A stretch of 64,000 bases of DNA from a virus (IMGVR_UViG_3300022752_000025:32001-96000), one strand, 5' to 3'. Positions 38,105-48,163 are shown, numbered from the stretch's first letter. The notes: a model not told the origin generated them from the letters alone. Made by a program: numbers and translations.

Positions 38105-38767
38105 CTATAATTTTATTAAGTCAATGTTATTTTTATTATCTATAATAACAAAAGAAGCTCTTTCTTCACAAAAACTACCACTATTTATATACTTATCATT
38201 TATTTCTGCTATGTGAGAATGACCACAAATTACTTTATCATAACCATTAAAATCAATATATTTAAGGGCATTTTTCTTCATATCTCCGCTTTTTTCAATA
38301 AAATTATTTGTCTTATGCTTTAATAATTTAAAAAAATCATCTGCAAATTGGGTATGTTGTCTAACAAAATAATATAATTTAACTATTATATTGGTAATCC
38401 ATTTAAATCTGGTGAAATAAATATCAAATATATCTCCGTGAACAATTAATATTTTTTCATTTTTTAATTCAATTATATGTTCATTTTTACAATCAAATCC
38501 TAGAAGTATGCTCATAAATTCAGCTTTAAGAAAACAATGATTCCCGATCAAATAAATAATCTTACATTTTTTAGAAAGTTTGCGTAATTTTGAAAGAACC
38601 TTCCAATGACTTTTGCACAATCTGTTTAGATTATGATGGTCAAAAAGATCACCAGCAATAATAATTGTTTTTGCTTTGTGTTTTTTTAAAACTTTCAACA
38701 AAATATCTACCTTACAATTTTTATCTCCAAGATGAATGTCTGAAATTATCAGATATTTGTTAGTCAT
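38105..38767 (-). CDS. Metallophosphoesterase, LpxH/UDP-2,3-diacylglucosamine hydrolase-like
   Basis: ISDIHLG, GDLFD, GNH, HGD, GHSH, NSGS. Confidence 0.85.
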   Translation of the reverse strand: MTNKYLIISDIHLGDKNCKVDILLKVLKKHKAKTIIIAGDLFDHHNLNRLCKSHWKVLSKLRKLSKKCKIIYLIGNHCFLKAEFMSILLGFDCKNEHIIELKNEKILIVHGDIFDIYFTRFKWITNIIVKLYYFVRQHTQFADDFFKLLKHKTNNFIEKSGDMKKNALKYIDFNGYDKVICGHSHIAEINDKYINSGSFCEERASFVIIDNKNNIDLIKL

Positions 38768-38909
38768 TTGGCAATTTTTTTATGTATTTCAGCGAGAGTT
38801 ATAAGAATAAAAGATAATAATATTGCTATTGATAATAGATATTCTTCACTAATTATTGAATATATTAGAGATAGTGTCCCAGCGAATGTAATTATATTTT
38901 GAATTATAG

Positions 38910-39392
38910 TCATAGTTTATCCATTTTGCTTAGAGGCACAATCCAATTATCGGGATTAAATCTACCATATCTTTTAGCGGTTTTATTTTCATCAAAATTC
39001 TTTCTTGAGATTTTACCTAATAATTCTACTGATGACAACTTCTTTTTGTCTACTCTTGCAAGAATATATGTTTCTGGATTTTTTGTTTGAAATTCTTTTT
39101 GCTTAATCTTTAACTCTGGCTCTCCTTCCCCAAAATATGTAATGGTTTTAACTTCTACTTTATTAAAGTCTTGCCCTTTATCTCTGATAGCATAAATCTC
39201 CTCATCAATCTTTTCGCCAGTAAATTTAGCATAAGCCATTTCGCCAATTAATCCTATCGTATGAGGGTCATATACAGAACCTTCTTTCATAAGAATACCA
39301 CGATTTCTTATAAAAGTATTTTTAGCGTTATGTCTTTTTTTGGCTAATTTTTTAGCAAAAAAAACTTCTTCTTTGGTTAAATTAATAATCAT
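38910..39392 (-). CDS. Hypothetical protein, possible PD-(D/E)xK fold
   Basis: GLIGEMA...D...VEVKT. Confidence 0.6.
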   Translation of the reverse strand: MIINLTKEEVFFAKKLAKKRHNAKNTFIRNRGILMKEGSVYDPHTIGLIGEMAYAKFTGEKIDEEIYAIRDKGQDFNKVEVKTITYFGEGEPELKIKQKEFQTKNPETYILARVDKKKLSSVELLGKISRKNFDENKTAKRYGRFNPDNWIVPLSKMDKL

Positions 39393-40288
39393 ATATTGGC
39401 AAAAGATTGTTCTTTCATTTTTAATTCAAAATCAATATCTACATTATGTCCGTATGTATCGGGCAAACAAGTAGCGTAGTCTGCGTGTTTGCGAGGATTT
39501 TTATGTCCAACAATACTTTCTGAATAATGGAATAATGGAATATGATTACCCCAAGTGATTCTTGCAAGATGAAACGCTTGTTCTTCTGATAAATTATCTG
39601 GATGACATTTGTGATGAAGATAATCAAAAGTAATTGGAATATTGGAAACAGAATGAAAATATTTCATAAGTCTTTTAATAGACCAACAAGTATTTTTATC
39701 GTCATTCTCAATAACTAATCTAGACTTAACATCATTTGATAGTCTTTCAAAATTACTCATAAACTTCTTTACTACATCATTAAGATTGCCTTTTGCATTA
39801 TGTATGTGCATATTCATAGGTGCATCATAGTTTAGTGGGCAACCAATTTGCGTCATAAACCAACCATAGTGATTTAATTCTTTGATTGTTTTATCTACTG
39901 CGTTGTCGTTATCACTAGCAAGGACATTAAACTCGCTAGGATGACAGGAAATGCGAACATTGGTAGATTGAACTAGATTCTTGATATTATTAAATTGATC
40001 TACAATCCTATTATAGTCTGGCAAGTCTTGTAATGATACATTAGCTTTATCATAAGTAATAAGAGGAAATAAATCAGAAGAAAGTCTATATGTATGATTA
40101 TTGTCAGCACAATATTTGATATATTGGTATGTGGTAGTCATATTATTGAGTATTCTAGAAGAAAGAGCAGAAAGAGCCTCTTGCCTTGGTAGACTAGAAA
40201 ATCTAGCGTAAGTCATAGTATTAAACTTGATTGGTTCATCTCTTTCTGCAAGAGATAAAACGATACAGCAAACACCTTTTCTACTCAT
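39389..40288 (-). CDS. uvsE: UV-damage endonuclease
   Basis: YRLSSDLFP, SCHP, LVIENDD, FDYLHH, FHYSE, HAD, ELK.KE. Confidence 0.92.
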   Translation of the reverse strand: MSRKGVCCIVLSLAERDEPIKFNTMTYARFSSLPRQEALSALSSRILNNMTTTYQYIKYCADNNHTYRLSSDLFPLITYDKANVSLQDLPDYNRIVDQFNNIKNLVQSTNVRISCHPSEFNVLASDNDNAVDKTIKELNHYGWFMTQIGCPLNYDAPMNMHIHNAKGNLNDVVKKFMSNFERLSNDVKSRLVIENDDKNTCWSIKRLMKYFHSVSNIPITFDYLHHKCHPDNLSEEQAFHLARITWGNHIPLFHYSESIVGHKNPRKHADYATCLPDTYGHNVDIDFELKMKEQSFANI

Positions 40289-40334
40289 ACTACCATATTA
40301 ATCTAAAACACAAGAATAGTCAAGCACAGATAAA

Positions 40335-40520
40335 TTATCTATAAATATATGTAGATGAACCATTTTGTTTTTTTAATTCTTTTTTAATCAACAATTTTTC
40401 TTTTTCCTCTAACCAGTTTATACTATCATAGTTTTGTTTAAACCTATTAGAAAAACAGCTCCTTGGCGAATCCCCTTTGCCAGCTCCTTTATTTGGCTTA
40501 TTTTCGTTCATATTTGGCAT
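40335..40520 (-). CDS. Small protein with GKGDxPR motif
   Basis: GAGKGDSPR...FKQNYDSINW. Confidence 0.65.
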   Translation of the reverse strand: MPNMNENKPNKGAGKGDSPRSCFSNRFKQNYDSINWLEEKEKLLIKKELKKQNGSSTYIYR

Positions 40521-40600
40521 TTTTTTGTTAGCAAATAAGCATATTTGGCTATATCCTGTTAGTAAATAGGATATATTTGGGATTTTTTTGTTAACAAATA

Positions 40601-40900
40601 TTACTTTTTAAAATCACCAAGATCGCGATCAAAAGAAAATTTTCCAGGTTTTTCTACAAGACCCTGATAAGTTTCTTCTGTGCATCCAGCCATTTCAGTA
40701 AATGGTGCTATTACTGCGAAAATTCCAAAAGCACCAATAGTCGCAGCAGATGAAATTGGACGAACAACCGCGACATCTCCAGCAGCTAAAAATCCGTTTG
40801 ATACATCGAAATCTTCGTCTATATTTGGTTGATTAACATCAGCAAATGATAATGACGCAATAATAATTGAGACAGAAATAATAGTTTTAATTTTATTCAT
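40601..40900 (-). CDS. Secreted/membrane protein
   Basis: Signal peptide; D.AVVRP...P.KFSF.R.LG motif. Confidence 0.7.
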   Translation of the reverse strand: MNKIKTIISVSIIIASLSFADVNQPNIDEDFDVSNGFLAAGDVAVVRPISSAATIGAFGIFAVIAPFTEMAGCTEETYQGLVEKPGKFSFDRDLGDFKK

Positions 40901-40955
40901 AATAATATTATATCTAAATATAATAAAAAGTCAAGTATTATTTGGCATTTTTTGG

Positions 40956-41177
40956 TTAGTAAATATCATTTTTTTTAGGTATAAAATTGACCAATGCCTC
41001 ATCTCCATATACCTTAAAAGAATAAAGTTTATAATTTTTTCTTTCTAACATAGATCTTAATTCATTAACATATTCACTTTTAAGATAAACAACTACGCTT
41101 TTTTCATTCTCCATATCTATACCATATTCATCTGAAAATTCAGAACAAATTGCAAGGGCTTCGGTTTGATTGCTCAT
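40956..41177 (-). CDS. Hypothetical protein
   Basis: GTGTAAT upstream. Confidence 0.7.
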   Translation of the reverse strand: MSNQTEALAICSEFSDEYGIDMENEKSVVVYLKSEYVNELRSMLERKNYKLYSFKVYGDEALVNFIPKKNDIY

Positions 41178-41278
41178 ATATGTTATTTATTATTACACTT
41201 TATATATTTGGTGTTTTTTCGTTAGTAAATTTGGTTATATATATGATATGTAGTTAAATATTCTGTGTAATTTTATTA

Positions 41279-41473
41279 GTGAATCCTAAGTATAAAATTA
41301 ATGATAAAGTAAAGTTTTTTTGTAAGTATAAAAATGAAAAAGTAATAGGCGAAATAATAAATATTAGACAAGCAAAATATAATTGGGATTATAGTATTAG
41401 ATATCATATTTATATTGACTTACTTTATGTTCAATGGGTAAATCAACAAGATATCATTGAAAAAGTAAAATAA
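41279..41473 (+). CDS. Small SH3-like hypothetical protein
   Basis: KYKINDKV..GEI; GTGTAAT-N7-GTG. Confidence 0.65.
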   Translation: MNPKYKINDKVKFFCKYKNEKVIGEIINIRQAKYNWDYSIRYHIYIDLLYVQWVNQQDIIEKVK

Positions 41474-41494
41474 AATTTAAAATTATTAACTATA

Positions 41495-41582
41495 TGGAAC
41501 GAGTAGGATTCGAACCTACGGATGATATTAAACCATCGGAAGTTTAGTAAACTTCTGCTTTAGACCACTCAGCCATCGTTCC
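41495..41582 (-). tRNA. tRNA-Ser(ACT)
   Basis: GGAACGA..TCGTTCC-A, GGCTGAGTGGTCTAAAGC D-arm, loop TT-ACT-AA, long V-arm. Confidence 0.88.
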
Positions 41583-41591
41583 AAAATAACT

Positions 41592-41666
41592 TCGGGGTAG
41601 CAGGATTTGAACCTGCGACCTTCTGCTCCCAAAGCAGACGCACTAGCCAAGCTGTGCTACACCCCG
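41592..41666 (-). tRNA. tRNA-Pro(TGG)
   Basis: CGGGGTG..TACCCCG-A, loop TT-TGG-GA. Confidence 0.92.
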
Positions 41667-41670
41667 AATT

Positions 41671-41742
41671 CTCCCAAACTAGGACTTGAACCTAGAACGG
41701 CCTCGTTAACAGCGAGGTGCTCTACCTTTGAGCTATTTGGGA
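41671..41742 (-). tRNA. tRNA-Asn(GTT), second copy
   Basis: TCCCAAA..TTTGGGA-G, loop CT-GTT-AA. Confidence 0.92.
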
Positions 41743-41781
41743 ATATACTTTATTATATTTGATATTTATTAATTAGTAAAT

Positions 41782-42363
41782 TTAATATTTACTATCTGGA
41801 GGATTTTTAATAACTACTGGTGGAATTGAATTAATTTTAATTTTTTCTGAAATTTTTTCCATGAAAAGAACTCCGTATTTTTTTATTCTTAACTGTCCGT
41901 GCGCTTTTAAAGTAAATCCCCATTCTTGTATACGGTCAATGAATTTATTTCTTATTTCTAAAGAATGATATTCAATTGCCATCTCATTTATACTTATAAA
42001 ATCTTTGGGTTCAAAATTTTCTGCTATTAACAATTCAAATCCTTCTATATCACTTTTAAGTGCGGTGATATTATTTATATTTATCAAATCTTTAATTTGC
42101 TCTGAATTAGATATATCAACATATTGAATAGATAAATTATTTTTATTTTTATATTTTTCTTTAAAAAAATTAATCTCTCTTATATCTTTATCTATGCCTA
42201 TTACTTTATTCGCACCATTTCTTAAAAAATATATAAAAGAAAATTCTTTCTCATTTTTGACTCCCCATCTTCCACACCCTAAATCAAGCACGTTCTGGTC
42301 TTTGATATTGAAATATTTCCAATGTTCTGATGCGTTTTCTGTTTTTATATTAAAATTAATCAT
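41782..42363 (-). CDS. SAM-dependent methyltransferase (FkbM-like)
   Basis: VLDLGCG, LKSDIEGFE, AIEYH. Confidence 0.8.
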   Translation of the reverse strand: MINFNIKTENASEHWKYFNIKDQNVLDLGCGRWGVKNEKEFSFIYFLRNGANKVIGIDKDIREINFFKEKYKNKNNLSIQYVDISNSEQIKDLININNITALKSDIEGFELLIAENFEPKDFISINEMAIEYHSLEIRNKFIDRIQEWGFTLKAHGQLRIKKYGVLFMEKISEKIKINSIPPVVIKNPPDSKY

Positions 42364-42369
42364 TTTTAT

Positions 42370-42774
42370 TTAGTAATTTTTAGATTTCCATTCAAAATTA
42401 AAAAAATCAAACGGCTTTCTATGCTCATCTTTAGGATCATAATCTACATTCGTGCAATTTAAAACCATAGCTTCCTCATTTCCTATCGCGGAAAATCCAT
42501 GCCATATTTTAGGTGGTATGGTTAAAACTGATGAAAATGGAATTAGTACATGTTTTTCACTTTTATTATTAATATCGTCAAATAATCCAACCAAAAGTCT
42601 TCCTTGAAGTAATATAAATCTATCGGTTTGTTTCTCGTGCATATGCCATGCTTTTATAACCCCAGGAAGACATGTAGTTACATATATATGTTTAATTTTT
42701 CCATCTTCTTTTTCTTTAACCAATTCGGCTAACCAGCCACGGTCATCTATAATTTTATTTATTCTTTTATTCAT
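42370..42774 (-). CDS. RmlC-like cupin (dTDP-4-dehydrorhamnose 3,5-epimerase family)
   Basis: DDRGWLAE, GVIKAWHMH, IPPKIWHGF, YDP.DE. Confidence 0.82.
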   Translation of the reverse strand: MNKRINKIIDDRGWLAELVKEKEDGKIKHIYVTTCLPGVIKAWHMHEKQTDRFILLQGRLLVGLFDDINNKSEKHVLIPFSSVLTIPPKIWHGFSAIGNEEAMVLNCTNVDYDPKDEHRKPFDFFNFEWKSKNY

Positions 42775-42779
42775 TTTTA

Positions 42780-43643
42780 TTAATATTTTTTTGGTGGTGG
42801 GTTGGGGTAGTTTACAATTATACTAGAATTATAAGAGCAATTCTTATTTATTCCATTTAATTTTGTGGACCTTGGAATTCTTACCCTCTTTGGCCAAATC
42901 CAAGGTTGTCCATCTTTATATTCTTTTATAATTAAATCCGCTGTTAAATAATCTAAATCTGGTCCGTAATCATAATATGCTCTGTATTTTGATTTATAGA
43001 TTTCTCCTATTTTGGCGTTCTTGTACAAAGAGAGAATCCATCTCTCGGTTATATAATATAATGGGTATCCACGATGATAACTTTTGCTTAAATCTTTTTC
43101 ATGTTCTATGATATCTGGAAGATTTTTTAAATAAGAAGTTTTTGCCCACCAAAAATTTCCAGAGAAAAATAATCTATGAACATATACATCTATGACGTAT
43201 TTATTATGGTAACTCATGGTTAAATTTGATCCGATTACATCATATCCATCTTCTAATCCTTTTATAGAATATTCATATTTATTTATTAATATAAATTCTA
43301 ACATTTTTCTCCAGGCCCATACGCCTTTCATTTTGTGTGGTCTAGAAACTCCTTTCGCGTGAATATATAATACATACGAGTCGTTTGCTTGTGACCATTT
43401 TTTTAATTCCCTTAAGCAGGCTCTTTCGTAATCTTTAAGATAATTTGAATAATAAATTAGATGTATTTTATTTGTCTTTTCTAATAAAAAATTAACATCT
43501 TCCTTTGACTCCCCTAGATATGTAATATAAATCTTATCAAGATCTTCGAATAATTTACTAGAATGTATCTCTTTAAATTGATCCTCTACAATTTCTTTCC
43601 AATGATTTAAACCGCATATATGCCAAAATATTACTTTTTTCAT
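42780..43643 (-). CDS. Putative glycosyltransferase-like protein
   Basis: VLYIHAKGVS, WRKML, FSGNFWW, ERWI motifs. Confidence 0.6.
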   Translation of the reverse strand: MKKVIFWHICGLNHWKEIVEDQFKEIHSSKLFEDLDKIYITYLGESKEDVNFLLEKTNKIHLIYYSNYLKDYERACLRELKKWSQANDSYVLYIHAKGVSRPHKMKGVWAWRKMLEFILINKYEYSIKGLEDGYDVIGSNLTMSYHNKYVIDVYVHRLFFSGNFWWAKTSYLKNLPDIIEHEKDLSKSYHRGYPLYYITERWILSLYKNAKIGEIYKSKYRAYYDYGPDLDYLTADLIIKEYKDGQPWIWPKRVRIPRSTKLNGINKNCSYNSSIIVNYPNPPPKKY

Positions 43644-43654
43644 TTAATTAGTTT

Positions 43655-44269
43655 TTATTTTAACCAAACAGATGTAGGATTATACGCTTCTGTGTCAAGA
43701 TAGTCCCAAACCTTCCAGTCTTTGTCGCCCTTAGAATATCCAATAATATTAGACAGAAATGCATGAAGGTCTTCAATATGCCAAACATCATCTAATAATT
43801 TTTTGCCAAGATATCTTGATTGATGAGCTACATGATCTGCGTAACTATACGCAAAAGCAGAAAATGGAGGAAGAACACATCCCATAGAGCAAAGAACTCC
43901 CTGCATACGAGAAGCAACTTCTTTTCCTCCAACAGAATGCATGGTTACGATGACTCCAGCTGGTTTGCCTAAAAGATGTTTTTTGCCCTCTATTTCTGTC
44001 ATTTTCTCAAAAAGTTGTTGCATATTCGATCCCCAACTATCCCAATATGTTCCTGTGCAAAAAATTAAAGCATCACTTTCTTTAATAATATGTCTAACTT
44101 TTGGCCAATAGAAATCTTTATGAAGGTGTAAGATTTTAATTGCTATATTTGGATCGATTTTATTAATTTTTTTTCTTATTTTTTTAATAAGAGATCCAGT
44201 ATTTCCATTTTTTCCACCTATAGAGCCATTAATTATGGTAAGAGTTATTTTCTTTTCTAGCGAGTTCAT
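43655..44269 (-). CDS. Flavodoxin-like / NADPH-dependent FMN reductase family
   Basis: INGS..GNT, SDALIFCTGTYW, GKPAGVI. Confidence 0.8.
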   Translation of the reverse strand: MNSLEKKITLTIINGSIGGKNGNTGSLIKKIRKKINKIDPNIAIKILHLHKDFYWPKVRHIIKESDALIFCTGTYWDSWGSNMQQLFEKMTEIEGKKHLLGKPAGVIVTMHSVGGKEVASRMQGVLCSMGCVLPPFSAFAYSYADHVAHQSRYLGKKLLDDVWHIEDLHAFLSNIIGYSKGDKDWKVWDYLDTEAYNPTSVWLK

Positions 44270-44722
44270 TAATATAATCCTTTATAATATTATATAATCT
44301 TGTTTCTTCTGGGTTAGCTTCTCTTTCAATATCCTCAAAATTATAAAATATATATTCTTTTAATTGATGATGTTTGAATCTATGTATGCCTTTTTTATCA
44401 TCTCCATAAACAAATATATATCTAAATGGTAACGATTCATTTTTTAATTTATATAAACTTCCATATTTTGGAAATAGTTGTTTACTTTTATCTAAAAAGT
44501 TTAATATTTTTTTAAAAATCATAAAATCCCAAATACTTTAAGTAGGACTATAGAAGATGCACTTGCTCCAACTAAACTACTAATTGTTCTAATAATTTCT
44601 AATTTATGATTATGATGATCTACCCATATTTCAAAAGGATCTCTTAACTTTCCTCTTGCTAAAAGTTTTTTTCTTTGTTTTTTACTTAATTTTAAGTTAG
44701 AAATATCTTTTAAAGTTATCAT
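44229..44722 (-). other. Two small hypothetical CDS (44229..44522, 44519..44722)
   Basis: ORF track. Confidence 0.6.
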
Positions 44723-44927
44723 TTTTTCTTTCTTTTACTTTTTACTGGTTTCCATATTTTATTATTTGTGTCTAAATTAACGCTCATATGCATGACTTTA
44801 CTGTATAAAGTATAGCCAAATCCATTTCCCCATTTCATGGTAGTAATACTTATTAAATCTCCAATTTTATATAGAATATAAGATAATAAAAACTTCATAT
44901 ATTATTATACAAGAAATTTCACAAATT

Positions 44928-45755
44928 TTATTTTTTATTTACTTTAAAAAGGTTGGATAAAAATGGACATTTACTTTTATCTTCTTCTTTTATCGTAAAT
45001 TTATAATCTAATTTATGGTGTCCTTCTCCAATTTTTTCTCCATCAGTATTTATACCATCTCTATAAAAGAATTGCCTTGTTGACATTTTTTCTCTTTTAC
45101 TATCATTGAATTCCCTTCTAGATTTTGACCAAGTAGTATGTTCCTTTTGTAGCTTCTTATTACTTTTTATATCTAAAAATTCTATATTAGTTTTTTCATT
45201 TAAATTTAATGGATAAGGTATAATTCTACATATAGGATCATTTTCATTAAATTTAATTAATTTATTTTTTTCTGTTATTTTAAAATTCATAGTAAAAGTA
45301 AATGGAGACCAATTTGTTTCTACTAAAGCTTCTAATGCCTGTAAGCCATTCACTGGAGTATTTGAAGGTCCAGATACTAAAAGACCCCATCCTGGAGGAG
45401 TTTTAAAAATTACAGGAAAACTAAAAGTAATAATTCCTTTTACGAAATGAGACATGCAACTGCTAAAATATTCATTTTGTTTTTTATGAATTATTTTTAC
45501 ATCTGACATACTCGGTCCTCCATTCCAAAATATCTCGGTTTCGTTTTGGTATAATATATTATATCCCAATTGATTTGATGCTACTAATGGAGCGCAATAA
45601 TAGGCATAATATTGTTCTTTGTCGTCCATCCAAGTCCTTTTTGGAGATGCAGGAACTATATATTTTTTACATTTTTCTATTATACCGTCATGTAAAGCGT
45701 AGCATTGTATTAATACATCATTTTTTATAATTAAATTATTTGCGTTTAAATTCAT
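44928..45755 (-). CDS. DUF6065-like protein
   Basis: RTWMD..AYYCAPL..NQLG, SGPSN, LVETNWSPFTFTMN, PICRIIP. Confidence 0.75.
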   Translation of the reverse strand: MNLNANNLIIKNDVLIQCYALHDGIIEKCKKYIVPASPKRTWMDDKEQYYAYYCAPLVASNQLGYNILYQNETEIFWNGGPSMSDVKIIHKKQNEYFSSCMSHFVKGIITFSFPVIFKTPPGWGLLVSGPSNTPVNGLQALEALVETNWSPFTFTMNFKITEKNKLIKFNENDPICRIIPYPLNLNEKTNIEFLDIKSNKKLQKEHTTWSKSRREFNDSKREKMSTRQFFYRDGINTDGEKIGEGHHKLDYKFTIKEEDKSKCPFLSNLFKVNKK

Positions 45756-46639
45756 ATATTAAATTTCTTTTTAAAAGCATAATTGTTTATTCTATTAAAT
45801 AAATCGATTGATCCTTTTGTTAAATTGCCATCCTCTATGGCTGGAATTTCTATAAATTCCCATGGTTTATATGATCTCTTGTCAAATATCATTTTTTTTG
45901 TTTTTTCATCTTTTATTCCATAACAATAATGATAAAATAAAGCATTTCTTTCTGAAATATCAAATGGTGGCATATCAAGTACATCTATAATTTCTGGAAT
46001 AATTTTATTTTCTGCAAGAGCAATATTAAATCCATACATATCACATATCCAATTCATATATAGTGGATTATTTTTAACATCAGTAGTTCTAAATAAAACT
46101 GTTAATTCTATCCATCTATTTATTATTTTCCTTAAAATATTCTCTTTAACAAGAAATGGCCAACCTACTGGTTTATAATAAGATAAAAAGTCTGTAAAAC
46201 TAGGATTTACATCTTCCATATAAAATTTTACTACTTTTTTCGTAAACTCGTTGTGGTCTGCATTCATATAATTATATTTTTGTCCCATGATACTTTGAGT
46301 ATTCGAATCAAATTTATCTATAAATATAAAATCTGCTTCAACAAATAAATATAATCTATCTAATTCTACTTCTTTTGTCTCTAAATATTCTTTAATTGAA
46401 AATGCCCTATCATAAATAACATAATCATCATCTTTTTTAAAATTTCTATAGCTCTTATTTTTACATAAAAAATACGGATAGTTTTTATTTAATTTTTCCT
46501 GATCAGTTATTATAACTGATAAAAAATCTACGCTAGGTTCATTTTTATAAAATTTTAAAAATGAATCATACATCATCTCCATTTGCCAATCAATATATTT
46601 ATTGGTTGTTTCTGTTACTAAAACTGTAAATTTATTCAT
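45752..46639 (-). CDS. HPAT/SERGT1-like (GT95/GT96-like) protein O-glycosyltransferase
   Basis: YIDWQ..MYDSF, DYVIYDR, EADFIF, WICDMYGF, HYCYG, FDKRSY in the same order as plant Hyp O-arabinosyltransferase motifs. Confidence 0.72.
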   Translation of the reverse strand: MNKFTVLVTETTNKYIDWQMEMMYDSFLKFYKNEPSVDFLSVIITDQEKLNKNYPYFLCKNKSYRNFKKDDDYVIYDRAFSIKEYLETKEVELDRLYLFVEADFIFIDKFDSNTQSIMGQKYNYMNADHNEFTKKVVKFYMEDVNPSFTDFLSYYKPVGWPFLVKENILRKIINRWIELTVLFRTTDVKNNPLYMNWICDMYGFNIALAENKIIPEIIDVLDMPPFDISERNALFYHYCYGIKDEKTKKMIFDKRSYKPWEFIEIPAIEDGNLTKGSIDLFNRINNYAFKKKFNI

Positions 46640-46784
46640 TTAAATTTTTTTAATATAAAAAAGACTAGATTTTGTAGATATTTTTTTGATATATTCTTCG
46701 GCTTTAGATTTACCATCCTTAGATAAAGGAAAAGCTCCATATAGAAATTTATCTTTTTTTGAAAAAATTGCGTAATATTTATTT

Positions 46785-47000
46785 TTATTTTTCATTTGAT
46801 ATAATTAAATTTTTTAAAAGTTTTAAATGATAAACATTCCAGTTTTCTCCATCGTATTGTTTATTTTTTAAATCTTGATATATATTGTATTGAATAATCT
46901 GCTCTAATAAATCTAAAATTTGTTGGTTATTTTTCATTAATATTATATTATATATTAATGGTGTAATTATTTCTAGAATATATGTTTTATCTCGATACAA
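46785..47000 (-). CDS. Hypothetical protein (start probably MKNNQ)
   Basis: ORF track. Confidence 0.5.
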   Translation of the reverse strand: MYRDKTYILEIITPLIYNIILMKNNQQILDLLEQIIQYNIYQDLKNKQYDGENWNVYHLKLLKNLIISNEK

Positions 47001-48160
47001 CTAATAAATTTTTAGCTATCACTGTAACAAATTCTGGTGGATTTACTGATTATTCTACAAGAGCAAGATCTGGTCATTTATATTATAAAAATGATGTATC
47101 AGATCCGTGGGGAAATAATGGAGTTCATATTGGCTCATTTGATTTAAAAACCGCTGGAACTAAAACATTTGTTTTTGGTAATAGCGGTATATTAACTGGA
47201 TCTTTATCTAATTCTGCTGTTTCAAATAAAGATAAATACGTAAGCATGTGTAATATGTTTTCTGCTGGAAATTTAGATTATCATTTTTTAACAATAGTTG
47301 TTGATAGAGATAAGCCTGGAGATTATGTTTATATTGGATGTCCATGTAGTCAAACAAATCCTGGCGGATTAAATAATACTACATATTGCGCTCCAAATGC
47401 TTTTAATTTTTTAGGCGGTTACAATTATCTTGGAGCAAAAATCTCAATCACACCTTATTATATAAATAGTAATAAATCTTTAATTCAAGGTACAACTTTA
47501 ACATCAGCAAGTATGTCATTTTGGGATCAATTAGAATTTGGTACATTAACAACTTGTCAAAATTTAAGAGCAAATAGTGCTACTTCTGGAAGATTTCCAG
47601 ATACTGCTAATAATATAAATAATATTTCGTGGACTAACGGAGATGTAATAATTCCAACACATGACTGTGCTCCAGATGGACCAGGAGCGACTGTTTGGTA
47701 TGGAGCATATCGATATTATAGACAGGGAACAGCTAATCCTGCTCAATGCGTCTCTACAATAGCGTCTTATTCATTAAAAAATGGTCAACATACTTTTGGT
47801 CAAGTATTTCAAAATCCTCTTGGAACTTTTAATAGTAGAATAATTACAACGCCTACTAGTACAAGTAGTATTCTTAATAGTGAAAGCTACTCGGTAGGAT
47901 ATACTGCTTATGATCAAATATTTGGTTCAACTAATGGGGCGCAAGGAACTGGAACAGTTCAATGCCCAATAACAACAGGAACACCGCGCGGAAATGTTTT
48001 AGGCCCAAGATATATGTTAGACATTTCTCTAAGATGTAACCCTGGCGCAAGAACAAATACTATGGGACCATATTATAATGGCAATACGTATCCAACTTAT
48101 GGAGGATATGGATTTTATTTTAAATTTATTTGGGATGCTTTATGCTATCCCTGCGTTTAA
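46982..48160 (+). CDS. Gly/Thr/Asn/Cys-rich protein, possibly virion-associated
   Basis: 392 aa, beta-rich composition, GTGTAAT upstream. Confidence 0.7.
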   Translation: MFYLDTTNKFLAITVTNSGGFTDYSTRARSGHLYYKNDVSDPWGNNGVHIGSFDLKTAGTKTFVFGNSGILTGSLSNSAVSNKDKYVSMCNMFSAGNLDYHFLTIVVDRDKPGDYVYIGCPCSQTNPGGLNNTTYCAPNAFNFLGGYNYLGAKISITPYYINSNKSLIQGTTLTSASMSFWDQLEFGTLTTCQNLRANSATSGRFPDTANNINNISWTNGDVIIPTHDCAPDGPGATVWYGAYRYYRQGTANPAQCVSTIASYSLKNGQHTFGQVFQNPLGTFNSRIITTPTSTSSILNSESYSVGYTAYDQIFGSTNGAQGTGTVQCPITTGTPRGNVLGPRYMLDISLRCNPGARTNTMGPYYNGNTYPTYGGYGFYFKFIWDALCYPCV

Positions 48161-48163
48161 TTT

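Larger units (their letters stand above)
40511..41231 (+). repeat. Five copies of 27-bp TATTTGG-N9-GTTAGTAAATA
   Basis: 40511-40537, 40542-40568, 40574-40600, 40939-40965, 41205-41231. Confidence 0.85.
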
